Positions 61,691 to 64,000 of a stretch of 64,000 nucleotides of DNA are shown piece by piece. The stretch is taken from NCBI RefSeq assembly GCF_009914755.1, contig NC_060929.1; one strand, given 5' to 3'. This DNA comes from the human T2T-CHM13v2.0 reference genome, Homo sapiens. Each line of letters opens with the position of its first letter. The stretch's first letter is position 1. The notes below the pieces were generated by a model. That model was not told the DNA's origin. It did no database searches and saw only the letters and a list, made by a program, of their open reading frames with translations. Position numbers and translations under genes: made by a program.

Positions 61691-63194
61691 ACTGAGATCA
61701 AAATAAATTTAGAGCTAAATCATCAGAATTAAGTAGTGACTAATAAGATGCTAAAAGAAAATCTGAAATTGGAGAGTCTTTCATCTAACAGAGTTACTAA
61801 ATGCCCATTATATGTTAGGCGCCGTTCTTTGTTCACACTAGTAACAAAAGACAAAAAATAACTATGCTATTTCACATTTAACAGTCCTTAGAATGTTGAC
61901 TGATTAGATATTTTCCCAAGTATCTTTTAGGTTTGTTCTGTTCTTGGTGGTTATCTAAACAAAAAATACTCTGACAACATTTAGTAAATTCATTTGTTTC
62001 CTTCTTGAATACAAACATTTTAGAAAATTCCAACTTCTTTTGTAGTCACTGCTAAATTTTGTATGCTGAGATTGAGACACTTACTAGTTATCAGGTACTG
62101 ACCCTGGCCACCTCCCAGAATTGTCCATATGCCTGGGAAGCAGTGCCTGCCATTGTGCTGGAGTAGCCTCCTTGCAGCACACTTTGCTGTAATACTCTCC
62201 AAACCAATTTTCTCTAATGCTATGTGACCTATATTAAGGTAGGGCATTCCAATATATCCTCCAATTTTGGTGAATACAATTGAATGGTTCTCAACAATGA
62301 ATAGTTTGGCACACTTTTATTTGGGGGAGGTGGGGTGGTCACAATGACTAGCATCAGTGGGTAAGGGCCAGAAAGGCTAAATGAATCCTGCAATGGGATG
62401 ACAGGTTTTTATCCTAAAGAACTGTCTCACTCAAAAGGCCAATAGTGACTGTCCATGGAGGGACACTCAGCTGTTGTCACCTGGTACAGTAACAAAGACA
62501 GAAGCTTCACTTTACTCATGTAATTTTTTCTACTAGACAGGAAGATAATTTTTGCATTTTATTAAATATATTTATATGCCACAAAAATTATTTTAGTGAC
62601 AACTACCAGGAAAGTACAAAATCACTTAATAACTGGTTTTCTACACCTTGATTTGTCAAGAAACTCATAAGCAAATGGAAAGTAGTAAGTACTGATTGCA
62701 GTTACTTACAGCAAACAGTTTTGAGAAGAAGAAGAAAACCTGTAACACTGAAAATTGCTTTATATCCCATTCATAGATCTCTTCAAAAGGTCTACTTTAA
62801 AAATAAATCACATAAAGAATTGTTCAGACTTGTTTGGTGATGCCTCAACTTCAGAACATTTGCAAGGAAATCACATGTAAAAGCAATCATCTCATACAAT
62901 TAAATGCTATTAAAGAAAAAAAAAGTTTCCTTTAAAACAGTGGTTCCCAAAATTTAGCAGGCATCAGAATCTCCTGAGGGAAGCTTGTTAAAATACAGAA
63001 TGCTGGCCTCCTCCCCAGAGTTTGCTACAAGTTTGCAGGCCATTCTGATGTTGGTGCGGGCACAACACTTTGAGAACCACTACTTTAAGATCTAGTCTCT
63101 AGAATTCAAACTAATAAGCAATGCCCATATGCCTTTGCTTTTTCTAATAATAAATAAATAAAAGATCATTTCAGGTAGCTGCATCAAACTTTAA

Positions 63195-63502
<308 letters not shown>

Positions 63503-63605
63503 CCTTTAGACTCTTGAAATGTTACGCTGACTCACAATTATTCCCATGAGTTCAAAAGACAGAACTAAAGGACAGTCCTGAATAATCTATGACTACAGGA
63601 AAACA

Positions 63606-63611
63606 TTTATT
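63606..63611 (-). terminator. RAD1: RAD1 proximal poly(A) signal AATAAA
   Basis: TTTATT on + strand about 190 nt downstream of the RAD1 stop. Confidence 0.65.
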
Positions 63612-63798
63612 TACATGCCCTCTACAAAATGGATTTACAAAACATAGTAACTATTAGGGTACATGACCTTGCTCCTATCTTCCCCATTGTGCTTCTTCTC
63701 TATAGAAAATCCAATATGAAATGACAAAGAGTACTGTACTCAGAATAAGAACTTCATCTATCATAAATGTACACATAAATATCAGTGAATTGTCATAC

Positions 63799-63982
63799 TC
63801 AAGACTCAGATTCAGGAACTTCTTCATCAGGGCAGCAGTAATATTCCACAAAACATATTTGTCCATCTTCATTTCTAATCATATACTGTAATGAAAGGAA
63901 GCCTCTGTTATCTGTCCGAATAGATACCTTACAAGATAGGACTAATGCCTTTGTAGAGGGTTTCAGTAAGGAAATCTTGTAT
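63799..63982 (-). CDS. RAD1: RAD1 last coding exon (9-1-1 checkpoint clamp subunit)
   Basis: Minus-strand acceptor ttttttcttctacag|; reads YKISLLKPSTKALVLSCKVSIRTDNRGFLSLQYMIRNEDGQICFVEYYCCPDEEVPESES*, the RAD1 C-terminus. Confidence 0.96.
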
Positions 63983-64000
63983 CTGTAGAAGAAAAAATAA

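Overview
Primate (human-like) genomic DNA; no prokaryotic features. The + strand carries the middle and 3' part of TTC23L (TPR-domain protein). Seven internal coding exons can be rebuilt in frame from their splice signals, and one intron is a U12-type AT-AC intron (18078-19459). The - strand carries the last coding exon and long Alu-rich 3' UTR of RAD1, convergent with TTC23L. The rest is Alu, L1, L2, MaLR/ERVL LTRs, Tigger/MER DNA transposons, microsatellites, an RPL21 processed pseudogene and retroposed 28S and 5S rRNA fragments. The most interesting structure is the TTC23L 3' end. Two intact, in-frame, TPR-like exons lie in the long intron (41432-41581, with a weak GC donor and an A22 run in its acceptor, and 43488-43570) and read in frame into the terminal exon at 54426. 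They compete with two retroposon-derived endings: an L2-derived 'DK*' exon (51806) and a retroposed mRNA 3' end supplying an acceptor and AATAAA (35502-36076). Gene and repeat names come from my recognition of the sequences, not from database searches. Repeat boundaries are approximate unless TSDs are quoted.
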